Positions 22,968-35,000 of a DNA stretch of 64,000 nt are shown here, piece after piece (the stretch's first letter is position 1; each line of letters begins with the position of its first letter). The translations under genes were made by a program, and so were the position numbers. A model generated the notes under the pieces. The model was not told where the DNA came from and did not search any database. It saw only the letters and a program-made list of their open reading frames with translations. This DNA comes from Dudresnaya verticillata (lineage: Eukaryota): NCBI GenBank assembly GCA_977862235.1, contig OZ374559.1, positions 1-64,000 of the forward strand, in the 5' to 3' direction.

Positions 22968-23756
22968 TCTTTCACAAATTCAAGTGGTCTAACAACACAA
23001 ACATTGAGCACACCAGTTGATTCATATTGAAGGTTAGCAATCATCAGAGTTTCGACACCTCGCATCAAATGAGACGCTTTTGCAAATTTGCAACTCTTGC
23101 ACATCTTCGCCAAAACATGTCTTATCTTTGCAAGAGCTTCTCACCCCCCGCAACAATGGATAGCTTACCGTTCTGTCGTAAACTATTAAGTCACGCAACA
23201 ATTCCATACAAGCATTCCATACAAGCATTCAGGTTAGAAACCAAACCGACTTCGCTCTCTCGAGTTACGATCAGGACCAGGCAAATGTGCAGAGCTTGCA
23301 AATTTCCAAGAACATCTCATAGATGTGTCAACTACTTACCGTCAATTCCTCCGCTCGGGAAGTAATTGAAAGAAATTGATCCAATGTCGAACGGCGCTTT
23401 CGCTGACCGTTACCGCTCGTCGATTGATCCCCGCCGCACACGCTCTTCGATCGCTTCGTCTCGCAAAGGAACAGTTGAAATTCGAGCGGTTAGTCACTTC
23501 TCCTACGTCGAGCGCTGTGAGCACGCAATGGAAACCGGATAACGTCGTCCGCTTCGATACCGAATTGTAGGAACGCAATGAGATCCGCACTCACCTTGCT
23601 TCCTCGTCCGTTTCGGGTGAGGGAGATTCGTTCGCTCAGTGAGAGTCCTGCCGTCGCGGGGTCACTGCGACGCCAGGGCTCCTTAAATACAATTGTGCGC
23701 CGTCATTTTGGCGGGAGCGCAATTACGGTTGCGCATCAACGACGGCCTTCATACGG

Positions 23757-23832
23757 ATCTGATCCGGTGCCAACTGTTCTCATCTGATCCGGTGCCAACT
23801 GGTCTCATCTGAGCCAGTGCAAACTGATCTCA
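23757..23832. repeat. 25-bp tandem repeat x3 (ATCTGATCCGGTGCCAACTGTTCTC); copies at 30788-30863 and 37680-37755
   Basis: Units at 23757, 23782 and 23807. Confidence 0.85.
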
Positions 23833-24120
23833 CGATTTCCGCAAACGCCACAGATCGGATCAATAGATTGGATCCGTTCAGTGATCGAATCCCGATTGAA
23901 ATCCGGATTGGGTGAGACCTGGTTGAAAACTTTCAAGACGTGCACATCTCGTTGCGCGACATGCCCTCGATACCTCCCGCCAAGCTCGATACACCCCGGT
24001 GAATGCTGGACAATGCTTCGGAAGACTGCTCGAGTTGCAAGATTGTTCATAGGACTGATCATGCTGCCAAACCTTCGGAGTTCAGAGGCTGAGGCGTTTT
24101 CCAACAGCTCTCCGCTACAC

Positions 24121-24306
24121 TGTTCAGGGCTGGAGGACGCTCAGGGCTGGAGGACTGATCAGGGCTGGAGGACTGATCAGGGCTGGAGGACTGATCAGGG
24201 CTGGAGGACTGTTCAGGCCTGGAGGACTGTTCAGGCCTGGAGGACTGTTCAGGACTGGAAGACTGTTCAAGCCTGGAGGACTGATCAAGCCTGGAGGACT
24301 GTTCAG
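24121..24306. repeat. 18-bp minisatellite (TCAGGGCTGGAGGACTG[AT]) x~10
   Basis: Direct tandem units, with inverted copies AACAGTCCTCCA at ~24398 and ~24447. Confidence 0.92.
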
Positions 24307-24475
24307 AATCTGGATCCCAATCGGGATTGGCTGGAGGAATGTTCAGGATTTGTGTACAATCCCGATTGCTCGTCTGGAGGACTTGTCTCAATCGCTAAAC
24401 AGTCCTCCACGGCAATTTGAATTTCAATTAAAAATGCGCACTCCTGAACAGTCCTCCACGAAAGAATAGATATAG

Positions 24476-24992
24476 ACACCCGTCTGACACCACGTGTCGG
24501 CATTTCCCTCCCTCTCTATGTCCCCATACCACTGTGGTAACGCCTAACCATCACGTCTGCCTCGTTTATATGCGCCCTGCGGATCAGACCGCTGCACTCG
24601 TCTGCATCGCTTCGCGTGAGAACAGAGACTAGGAACTTTCCACCACCCTTGGCCCTGATCTCACGAATCGCCGTGGCAACGGATTCTTTCAATACGTTTC
24701 GAATTTCAAACTCTTCCGTATTCTCGAGATTCTTCACTACGATTGACACGTTGTCTCTTTTCAGAACACCTCGCACAACAACTGTCTTGCAAGGGTCGCA
24801 TCCATTCGCTGCAACAATGCAATCCTCGAGACACAGCGGTGCCGTCGCCGTCTTCAAGACAGTCTGTGCGCGTATGCCATCCGGGCGCACAAGCCTCATT
24901 GCCGTCATACAAGACCGGTAGTGCGCAGACTGTATTATTATATGCGCTTCATCCACCACAAATCGGCAGAGCAACCTTCTTGCGTACAATTT
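24476..24992 (-). pseudogene. Internal fragment of a second, diverged RecQ/TLH helicase (motif II to the HxGM region)
   Basis: FVVDEAHIIIQSAHYRSCM...VLKTATAP...GGGKFLVSVLT...YHSGM aligns with the intact helicase but is clearly diverged. A frameshift after GMGT continues as EREGNADTW. Both ends are truncated. Confidence 0.88.
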
Positions 24993-25001
24993 CTAAACCC
25001 C

Positions 25002-28000
25002 TGACGGTCTGGGCCACATCAGGTGCATCAATACCAGTCCCGAAGCCCTCCGTTGCCACCATCACGCATACACTAAGCATTTCCGCTCCATTCGTTCTCC
25101 ATGTGTTCACGCTCGTGGCGCGCGCCTCTGCACTCATACCTCCGTGATGCTGCGTGATCCTGATCTTCCGATCTCGTGACAGCTCCCGCCTCGCACGCAG
25201 GGCTGCATGGATCTCCTCAGCATCGGACTTCGTCAACACACATACGAGTACTTTCCCACCGCCGCGACTCGACATCGCCGTCCGTACACCTTCGACGACA
25301 CTGTCTCCAACTGGACCAAATACTTCCTCCGCCTTGGAACCCTTCAGCATGTGGACAGCAAACCCCAAATTGTCCCGCCTCAAGCTGCCCCGTATAACCA
25401 CCGTGTCGTCCACATCAGCACCACTCGCAGCAATTATCCGGCGCTGTAGGTGCAGAGGAGAAGTTGCCGTCATCAGAACGACAGGCACCGTCACACCGCA
25501 CGGACGTGCATGTCGCATGCGTAGCATACAGTCACGGTAGTGTGCTGCAACGACAACGAGATGGGCCTCATCAACAACAACCCTCATCAGTTTGCCCTCC
25601 CTGTGCAGCACCCGAAGAGCCTCCTTGTACCTTCGCGATGACACGTTCTCAGGAGCTGTAAGTATCACGCCCTGGTTAAACCCTTGAAGATCTTCTACCG
25701 AGTCCACATCATCAAAGGACATAACCGGCAGGTTAATCGCGTCACACCGCGTCTTGATCTCCTCTCTCAAGGCCCGTAACGGGCAAATGAATATCGTTAC
25801 ACCTTCCTCGCACAACGCCGGTCCAAATATTACTGCGGTTTTGCCACCCCCAGTTCTCAACACTACCAAAGCATCGCTTTCCCGGCGGATCACGTGTTCC
25901 ATTGCCTGCCTCTGGTTCTCGGAACGAAACTCCGCATTTGGAACCCCAACAGAACGAGCAAGGCATTCCTGTATATCCCATGCAGCTGCACCGTTTGTCG
26001 CCAGTACAGTGCTGCTTCTCGGATCCTCACCCCTTCTACGTGCACTAGATTCGTTTCGGCCTCCCTCTCTCGAGTTGTCACGCTCTTGCCTTGCCCGCGT
26101 AAATTCTTCGTCACTCTTTCTGATTGCTGTTTCGAATTCCTCCTTGCGCTTCTCCATTTCTTCCACAGCAGTGGCGAATTTTCTTAGTAGTTCACTCCCT
26201 TCTTCACTCCTTTCAGCATTCCCTGACGAACACTGTCCCTCCCGTCGTAGACATGGCCTTTTCCCTTCCGAACCTCCTCCTTCCGTTCCATTCCTCACCA
26301 ACGCCCCCCTCGGCCCTTCGCGTACAGACTGCTGCGTTGTTGCCCTCGTCCCAGAACTGGTTCCGCGAAGCCGCACGCTCGGGGCCATACTGCCACACGA
26401 TATCTTCTGACGTTTGCCTGCCACGTCGTAGGCCTCAACTTCTCCTGCGAAGCGGACCCTCTTCTTCCCAGCCTTCCCACCTTCGTCGCCTTTCCCAGAC
26501 GCTTCCAATCCCGAGTTGGTGGTTGCCTCGACATCATCGCTCGCCTTCTTTTGGAGCTTCCTTCCGGATCCTCTGCTCGTTTCACTCTTGTGCAGAGCTT
26601 GAAAATTTTCAACATCTGCACATCTCGAGGTGTCGTTCGGGGACGATTGCTTCCCACTAGCTTCTACATTGAGACACTCTCGATGATTTGCGAGCGTTTC
26701 AGATCCGGAAGCTGCAGTACTCCGGGTTGCGATCTGCTCATCGTTGAAACCAGACTTGTGACACTCTTCAAAATTTTCAACCGTGTCACAATGCGGGACA
26801 TGATGCGGGTACGCAACGGAAACCCCGCCATCAGAGTTGTGCAGCTCTTGGAAATTTCCAACTGTTGCACATCCTTGGTTTCCCGTGTTGTCAAGCCGGT
26901 GCGCTGTGGCCGCATGGCTGACAGGCTCGTCACAGTGTTCGACATCTCTGCGCTGTGAAGCATTATCTGGATACGCGGAACCGGTTAACTCCTCAATACT
27001 TTCGTCTCCACATGCCACATTCCCCAACCGGTCTTGGCTGCTCAGGCTAAATTGCTGAATTTCGTCCCCATCGTCTAGCGAGATCAAAATCCCCTCCTCG
27101 CAACCCACTTGCTCGTCATTTCGCCCATCGCCCACCGGTTCTGGTGTCCTCTTCGTTGGCCGGCACGGTTCGTCTTGTGGACACTTTGGAAACAACAACT
27201 TCCTCCGAACATCAGGTTGCTTACCGCCATCAAGCCCTTCACGCAGAGCGCAGCTCCCGTTCCCATTTTCGTTCAGTTCTTCCGGCCCCACCTCTTCTTC
27301 TTCTCTCATCACAAGATCCACCTCCAGGGAATTCCAATCCTTTCGGTCGGCTAGGCCACAATCCTCCAGCCAAGCGTCGGAGGCAGCCTTAAATCGCTTC
27401 ATACTGCGGTCATCGACATTGCCTCCACCAGCAATGTTGGGAGTACACCTTCCATACAGACTTTTGGCAATGTGTACCGAGTGCGCCCCCTGAAGCTGTA
27501 TTGTACTGCCGAGGTTCCCGTTGCTTGTGCCAGCTTCCTCGCCTTCTACCGATTGGCCTTGGTTCAGTATCCCTGCCACATACCCAACATTCGCATCTTC
27601 CATGGCCTTGTCGTTGGCATAGCCTCCAAACCATGGTCGATGAGTCTCCGCCTTGTAGTCTTCCGGCAAACCAAACCTTCTCCACATGTTGGCTGCCTCT
27701 GTCAAGCATCCGTGGGCATCAAGTAGTTGTACTTCCCGTCTTCATCCACTTCGAGACCAGAACCTGAGTTGCCCCCGCCCAACACACGTGACAATGCCAA
27801 ACGAAGCTCCATTCCAACCACAATCATCAACTTCACCAGGTTAATCGTCACCACATCAGGGTGTTTGCTAATGACGCGCATCCTACCCCTCTTCATGTTC
27901 CTCGTCTTATCGTAGGACGGGATGAGAGCAATTCGAGGGCCACCAGGAAGTTGGATTCCCCGCGGACCATTGCTCGTGTTGCGAACAGCCAAGTGCTCAA

Positions 28001-29998
28001 GCTCTGTCCCCCGAGATACATTCCCACCAGAAAGGTGCATGCAAGCTATCACTAGAACGTTGAACTTCCTCAACATCGACAGCATCTCCCTCGCACGTTT
28101 GTTGAAGCCCTTCTCGTCAAGACTTCCCATCTCCTTCACCGCAGCTGCAACATACCCATACCCTCGGCATTCTTCAACGGTTTCGGCATTCTTCTCTTCG
28201 ACAACAATACCGTAATGCACATCCTTCTTGGATGTGTTATCCACCATCGCGGAAAGACGAGCTTGCAAATTCTCCGGTGGTCTTACTCCGTTCATGATCC
28301 CATTCCGCGAGAACATTAACTTGACAGCCTCGGATTGCATCCACAACACGCTCCCTCCGATATCCTTCGGACTGATGTGAAGTCCCTCCACATATCCGCA
28401 GTACAATCCCTCGTGCTCGGGATTGTCGCACGCCATCCAAGTGTTTCGGGTATACTCTTCAGTCCTAAATCTTCTAGCCTGAAGGCAAATGGCTTGCAGG
28501 ACATGTATTCAAAGACTTCCGCCAGCTGCGTGGTTGGTCTCAACCTCGGTCAGCTTCTCATCGCAACTCCCTTCCTCCCCCGTCCCACAAATTTCTATGA
28601 AGGCACAGCAAGAACAAGCATATGCCAAAGCTGCGAGGATTGGAGACATATCCTTCCCCTGGGAGTAGGTGTTCCCCTTCCCTGCACGCTTGACACCCAG
28701 ACAGGCCGTCAATACATGGGCAGCACAGTGGCGACTTCCGTGGTCCACACTCGCCTTCTCATAGAACAACGCCGATAGCACACCGTACATTGCCAAGACA
28801 GAGGGTGTCGTCACATTGTGCACCTCTTGAAAATTTTCAACAACGTCACATCCCTGCTCTCCTCGGTATGCCTGCATCACACTCCTACATGCAACAATAA
28901 GTTGTTCATTTCCAACCAACCCCTTGTCACCCGGCGCTCTGACGGTCATGCGAAGAAGAGTCAGCACAACACGAGCCAATAAGCTCGCGTACCTCTTCTC
29001 CGACTGTCGCTGCACCCACGCAAAGTCGTTCTTCTCAGTCCGATTAGCTCCTGGAGGGGCCCGCACGGCTATCATAACCTTCGAAATCGCCATGTTTGGC
29101 CTCCGGTAATATTCCCGTGCAGTGTGGAACAACGAAATTGTCGTTTTCGTTGTCCACTTTCCAAGCTCTTGCTCATCGATTCCATCCATAGTACTCCCGC
29201 GTAAAGCCGCCCCGGCCAACGCAACGGCTTCCTCCATGCTCAGATTGAGAGCTTCACATCTGGCCTTGTGGCGCTAGCAAACCCGCCCATCTTACGAACC
29301 TCACCTCCCTCTGACTTCTCCACACACTCGCTCTCCTTCCGAACATGGCTGAGCTCTTGGAGAAGACGAGCTACATTTCCACTGCCGGAGCATGCGTCAG
29401 CTCTCTCGGATTCCCCGTCGCCCACCGGAAACGCATACCCAGGAGCACGTGACTTGAAGAGCTTATGGCACTTCACCGTCTTCAACTGCTTCAACTTTGC
29501 GAGTCCCACCGCCTTCCCCAAACCTTCATGCTCGGTATCCATATGCTTCCTCAAACCATCCGTGGATACAGACAAAAACCTACATGACGGGCAGGGAAAG
29601 CAATCCATGACGGTCAAGAAGGGGATCTTGCGCACAAGCGCTCGACTTCCACTGTTGATTGCTTCAGTACCGATGTAGACTTGATGTTCGTGGTCATCAC
29701 ATGTCCTGGTGACATTTCGGCGAATGCAACTCCACGACTTGCATAGTTCTACACATTGTGCACGACTTACGGAGAAGCTGGGCTGGCACTTCCTTATATG
29801 CCTCAGAAGATGCAAGTTGTCAGGTTCCGCGAGGAACACAGCATGCCTGCATGCATCGCAACCCAGCTCGGCTACTTCTGGAATCAAACGCAGGTTGAAC
29901 TTCGCCAAGTTTGCCTTCGCCTTCCCAACCTCATTGTGCTCGGTTTCCGGCAACTTCATCTCCACGGAATGTTGAAACAGGGATTCAAGACTATGCAA
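25002..29998 (-). pseudogene. TLH-like helicase copy 2, disrupted and 3'-truncated
   Basis: Relative to copy 1: 7-bp deletion at ~29250, GGA>TGA at 28509-28511, 16-bp deletion between ATCCGT repeats at ~27710, and truncation after DAPDVAQTV, which removes motif VI and the C-terminus. Confidence 0.92.
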
Positions 29999-31151
29999 TC
30001 TTTCACAAATTCAAGTGGTCTAACAACACAAACATTGAGCACACCAGTTGATTCATATTGAAGGTTAGCAATCATCAGAGTTTCGACACCTCGCATCAAA
30101 TGAGACGCTTTTGCAAATTTGCAACTCTTGCACATCTTCGCCAAAACATGTCTTATCTTTGCAAGAGCTTCTCACCCCCCGCAACAATGGATAGCTTACC
30201 GTTCTGTCGTAAACTATTAAGTCACGCAACAATTCCATACAAGCATTCCATACAAGCATTCAGGTTAGAAACCAAACCGACTTCGCTCTCTCGAGTTACG
30301 ATCAGGACCAGGCAAATGTGCAGAGCTTGCAAATTTCCAAGAACATCTCATAGATGTGTCAACTACTTACCGTCAATTCCTCCGCTCGGGAAGTAATTGA
30401 AAGAAATTGATCCAATGTCGAACGGCGCTTTCGCTGACCGTTACCGCTCGTCGATTGATCCCCGCCGCACACGCTCTTCGATCGCTTCGTCTCGCAAAGG
30501 AACAGTTGAAATTCGAGCGGTTAGTCACTTCTCCTACGTCGAGCGCTGTGAGCACGCAATGGAAACCGGATAACGTCGTCCGCTTCGATACCGAATTGTA
30601 GGAACGCAATGAGATCCGCACTCACCTTGCTTCCTCGTCCGTTTCGGGTGAGGGAGATTCGTTCGCTCAGTGAGAGTCCTGCCGTCGCGGGGTCACTGCG
30701 ACGCCAGGGCTCCTTAAATACAATTGTGCGCCGTCATTTTGGCGGGAGCGCAATTACGGTTGCGCATCAACGACGGCCTTCATACGGATCTGATCCGGTG
30801 CCAACTGTTCTCATCTGATCCGGTGCCAACTGGTCTCATCTGAGCCAGTGCAAACTGATCTCACGATTTCCGCAAACGCCACAGATCGGATCAATAGATT
30901 GGATCCGTTCAGTGATCGAATCCCGATTGAAATCCGGATTGGGTGAGACCTGGTTGAAAACTTTCAAGACGTGCACATCTCGTTGCGCGACATGCCCTCG
31001 ATACCTCCCGCCAAGCTCGATACACCCCGGTGAATGCTGGACAATGCTTCGGAAGACTGCTCGAGTTGCAAGATTGTTCATAGGACTGATCATGCTGCCA
31101 AACCTTCGGAGTTCAGAGGCTGAGGCGTTTTCCAACAGCTCTCCGCTACAC

Positions 31152-31337
31152 TGTTCAGGGCTGGAGGACGCTCAGGGCTGGAGGACTGATCAGGGCTGGA
31201 GGACTGATCAGGGCTGGAGGACTGATCAGGGCTGGAGGACTGTTCAGGCCTGGAGGACTGTTCAGGCCTGGAGGACTGTTCAGGACTGGAAGACTGTTCA
31301 AGCCTGGAGGACTGATCAAGCCTGGAGGACTGTTCAG
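31152..31337. repeat. 18-bp minisatellite, copy 2
   Basis: Identical to 24121-24306, offset by 7031. Confidence 0.92.
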
Positions 31338-31506
31338 AATCTGGATCCCAATCGGGATTGGCTGGAGGAATGTTCAGGATTTGTGTACAATCCCGATTGC
31401 TCGTCTGGAGGACTTGTCTCAATCGCTAAACAGTCCTCCACGGCAATTTGAATTTCAATTAAAAATGCGCACTCCTGAACAGTCCTCCACGAAAGAATAG
31501 ATATAG

Positions 31507-32023
31507 ACACCCGTCTGACACCACGTGTCGGCATTTCCCTCCCTCTCTATGTCCCCATACCACTGTGGTAACGCCTAACCATCACGTCTGCCTCGTTTAT
31601 ATGCGCCCTGCGGATCAGACCGCTGCACTCGTCTGCATCGCTTCGCGTGAGAACAGAGACTAGGAACTTTCCACCACCCTTGGCCCTGATCTCACGAATC
31701 GCCGTGGCAACGGATTCTTTCAATACGTTTCGAATTTCAAACTCTTCCGTATTCTCGAGATTCTTCACTACGATTGACACGTTGTCTCTTTTCAGAACAC
31801 CTCGCACAACAACTGTCTTGCAAGGGTCGCATCCATTCGCTGCAACAATGCAATCCTCGAGACACAGCGGTGCCGTCGCCGTCTTCAAGACAGTCTGTGC
31901 GCGTATGCCATCCGGGCGCACAAGCCTCATTGCCGTCATACAAGACCGGTAGTGCGCAGACTGTATTATTATATGCGCTTCATCCACCACAAATCGGCAG
32001 AGCAACCTTCTTGCGTACAATTT
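31507..32023 (-). pseudogene. Diverged RecQ/TLH helicase fragment, copy 2
   Basis: Identical to 24476-24992. Confidence 0.88.
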
Positions 32024-32032
32024 CTAAACCCC

Positions 32033-35000
32033 TGACGGTCTGGGCCACATCAGGTGCATCAATACCAGTCCCGAAGCCCTCCGTTGCCACCATCACGCAT
32101 ACACTAAGCATTTCCGCTCCATTCGTTCTCCATGTGTTCACGCTCGTGGCGCGCGCCTCTGCACTCATACCTCCGTGATGCTGCGTGATCCTGATCTTCC
32201 GATCTCGTGACAGCTCCCGCCTCGCACGCAGGGCTGCATGGATCTCCTCAGCATCGGACTTCGTCAACACACATACGAGTACTTTCCCACCGCCGCGACT
32301 CGACATCGCCGTCCGTACACCTTCGACGACACTGTCTCCAACTGGACCAAATACTTCCTCCGCCTTGGAACCCTTCAGCATGTGGACAGCAAACCCCAAA
32401 TTGTCCCGCCTCAAGCTGCCCCGTATAACCACCGTGTCGTCCACATCAGCACCACTCGCAGCAATTATCCGGCGCTGTAGGTGCAGAGGAGAAGTTGCCG
32501 TCATCAGAACGACAGGCACCGTCACACCGCACGGACGTGCATGTCGCATGCGTAGCATACAGTCACGGTAGTGTGCTGCAACGACAACGAGATGGGCCTC
32601 ATCAACAACAACCCTCATCAGTTTGCCCTCCCTGTGCAGCACCCGAAGAGCCTCCTTGTACCTTCGCGATGACACGTTCTCAGGAGCTGTAAGTATCACG
32701 CCCTGGTTAAACCCTTGAAGATCTTCTACCGAGTCCACATCATCAAAGGACATAACCGGCAGGTTAATCGCGTCACACCGCGTCTTGATCTCCTCTCTCA
32801 AGGCCCGTAACGGGCAAATGAATATCGTTACACCTTCCTCGCACAACGCCGGTCCAAATATTACTGCGGTTTTGCCACCCCCAGTTCTCAACACTACCAA
32901 AGCATCGCTTTCCCGGCGGATCACGTGTTCCATTGCCTGCCTCTGGTTCTCGGAACGAAACTCCGCATTTGGAACCCCAACAGAACGAGCAAGGCATTCC
33001 TGTATATCCCATGCAGCTGCACCGTTTGTCGCCAGTACAGTGCTGCTTCTCGGATCCTCACCCCTTCTACGTGCACTAGATTCGTTTCGGCCTCCCTCTC
33101 TCGAGTTGTCACGCTCTTGCCTTGCCCGCGTAAATTCTTCGTCACTCTTTCTGATTGCTGTTTCGAATTCCTCCTTGCGCTTCTCCATTTCTTCCACAGC
33201 AGTGGCGAATTTTCTTAGTAGTTCACTCCCTTCTTCACTCCTTTCAGCATTCCCTGACGAACACTGTCCCTCCCGTCGTAGACATGGCCTTTTCCCTTCC
33301 GAACCTCCTCCTTCCGTTCCATTCCTCACCAACGCCCCCCTCGGCCCTTCGCGTACAGACTGCTGCGTTGTTGCCCTCGTCCCAGAACTGGTTCCGCGAA
33401 GCCGCACGCTCGGGGCCATACTGCCACACGATATCTTCTGACGTTTGCCTGCCACGTCGTAGGCCTCAACTTCTCCTGCGAAGCGGACCCTCTTCTTCCC
33501 AGCCTTCCCACCTTCGTCGCCTTTCCCAGACGCTTCCAATCCCGAGTTGGTGGTTGCCTCGACATCATCGCTCGCCTTCTTTTGGAGCTTCCTTCCGGAT
33601 CCTCTGCTCGTTTCACTCTTGTGCAGAGCTTGAAAATTTTCAACATCTGCACATCTCGAGGTGTCGTTCGGGGACGATTGCTTCCCACTAGCTTCTACAT
33701 TGAGACACTCTCGATGATTTGCGAGCGTTTCAGATCCGGAAGCTGCAGTACTCCGGGTTGCGATCTGCTCATCGTTGAAACCAGACTTGTGACACTCTTC
33801 AAAATTTTCAACCGTGTCACAATGCGGGACATGATGCGGGTACGCAACGGAAACCCCGCCATCAGAGTTGTGCAGCTCTTGGAAATTTCCAACTGTTGCA
33901 CATCCTTGGTTTCCCGTGTTGTCAAGCCGGTGCGCTGTGGCCGCATGGCTGACAGGCTCGTCACAGTGTTCGACATCTCTGCGCTGTGAAGCATTATCTG
34001 GATACGCGGAACCGGTTAACTCCTCAATACTTTCGTCTCCACATGCCACATTCCCCAACCGGTCTTGGCTGCTCAGGCTAAATTGCTGAATTTCGTCCCC
34101 ATCGTCTAGCGAGATCAAAATCCCCTCCTCGCAACCCACTTGCTCGTCATTTCGCCCATCGCCCACCGGTTCTGGTGTCCTCTTCGTTGGCCGGCACGGT
34201 TCGTCTTGTGGACACTTTGGAAACAACAACTTCCTCCGAACATCAGGTTGCTTACCGCCATCAAGCCCTTCACGCAGAGCGCAGCTCCCGTTCCCATTTT
34301 CGTTCAGTTCTTCCGGCCCCACCTCTTCTTCTTCTCTCATCACAAGATCCACCTCCAGGGAATTCCAATCCTTTCGGTCGGCTAGGCCACAATCCTCCAG
34401 CCAAGCGTCGGAGGCAGCCTTAAATCGCTTCATACTGCGGTCATCGACATTGCCTCCACCAGCAATGTTGGGAGTACACCTTCCATACAGACTTTTGGCA
34501 ATGTGTACCGAGTGCGCCCCCTGAAGCTGTATTGTACTGCCGAGGTTCCCGTTGCTTGTGCCAGCTTCCTCGCCTTCTACCGATTGGCCTTGGTTCAGTA
34601 TCCCTGCCACATACCCAACATTCGCATCTTCCATGGCCTTGTCGTTGGCATAGCCTCCAAACCATGGTCGATGAGTCTCCGCCTTGTAGTCTTCCGGCAA
34701 ACCAAACCTTCTCCACATGTTGGCTGCCTCTGTCAAGCATCCGTGGGCATCAAGTAGTTGTACTTCCCGTCTTCATCCACTTCGAGACCAGAACCTGAGT
34801 TGCCCCCGCCCAACACACGTGACAATGCCAAACGAAGCTCCATTCCAACCACAATCATCAACTTCACCAGGTTAATCGTCACCACATCAGGGTGTTTGCT
34901 AATGACGCGCATCCTACCCCTCTTCATGTTCCTCGTCTTATCGTAGGACGGGATGAGAGCAATTCGAGGGCCACCAGGAAGTTGGATTCCCCGCGGACCA

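Noticed and set aside
23881..24420. ORFs with WRTDQG/QSSSPD repeats (also 30912-31451 and 37804-38526)
   Set aside because: Products of the stop-free 18-bp minisatellite, with no other coding evidence.
24949..27705. 918-aa ORFs (also 31980-34736) as functional helicases
   Set aside because: They start downstream of a frameshift and lack motif VI and the zinc domain, so they are treated as pseudogene parts.
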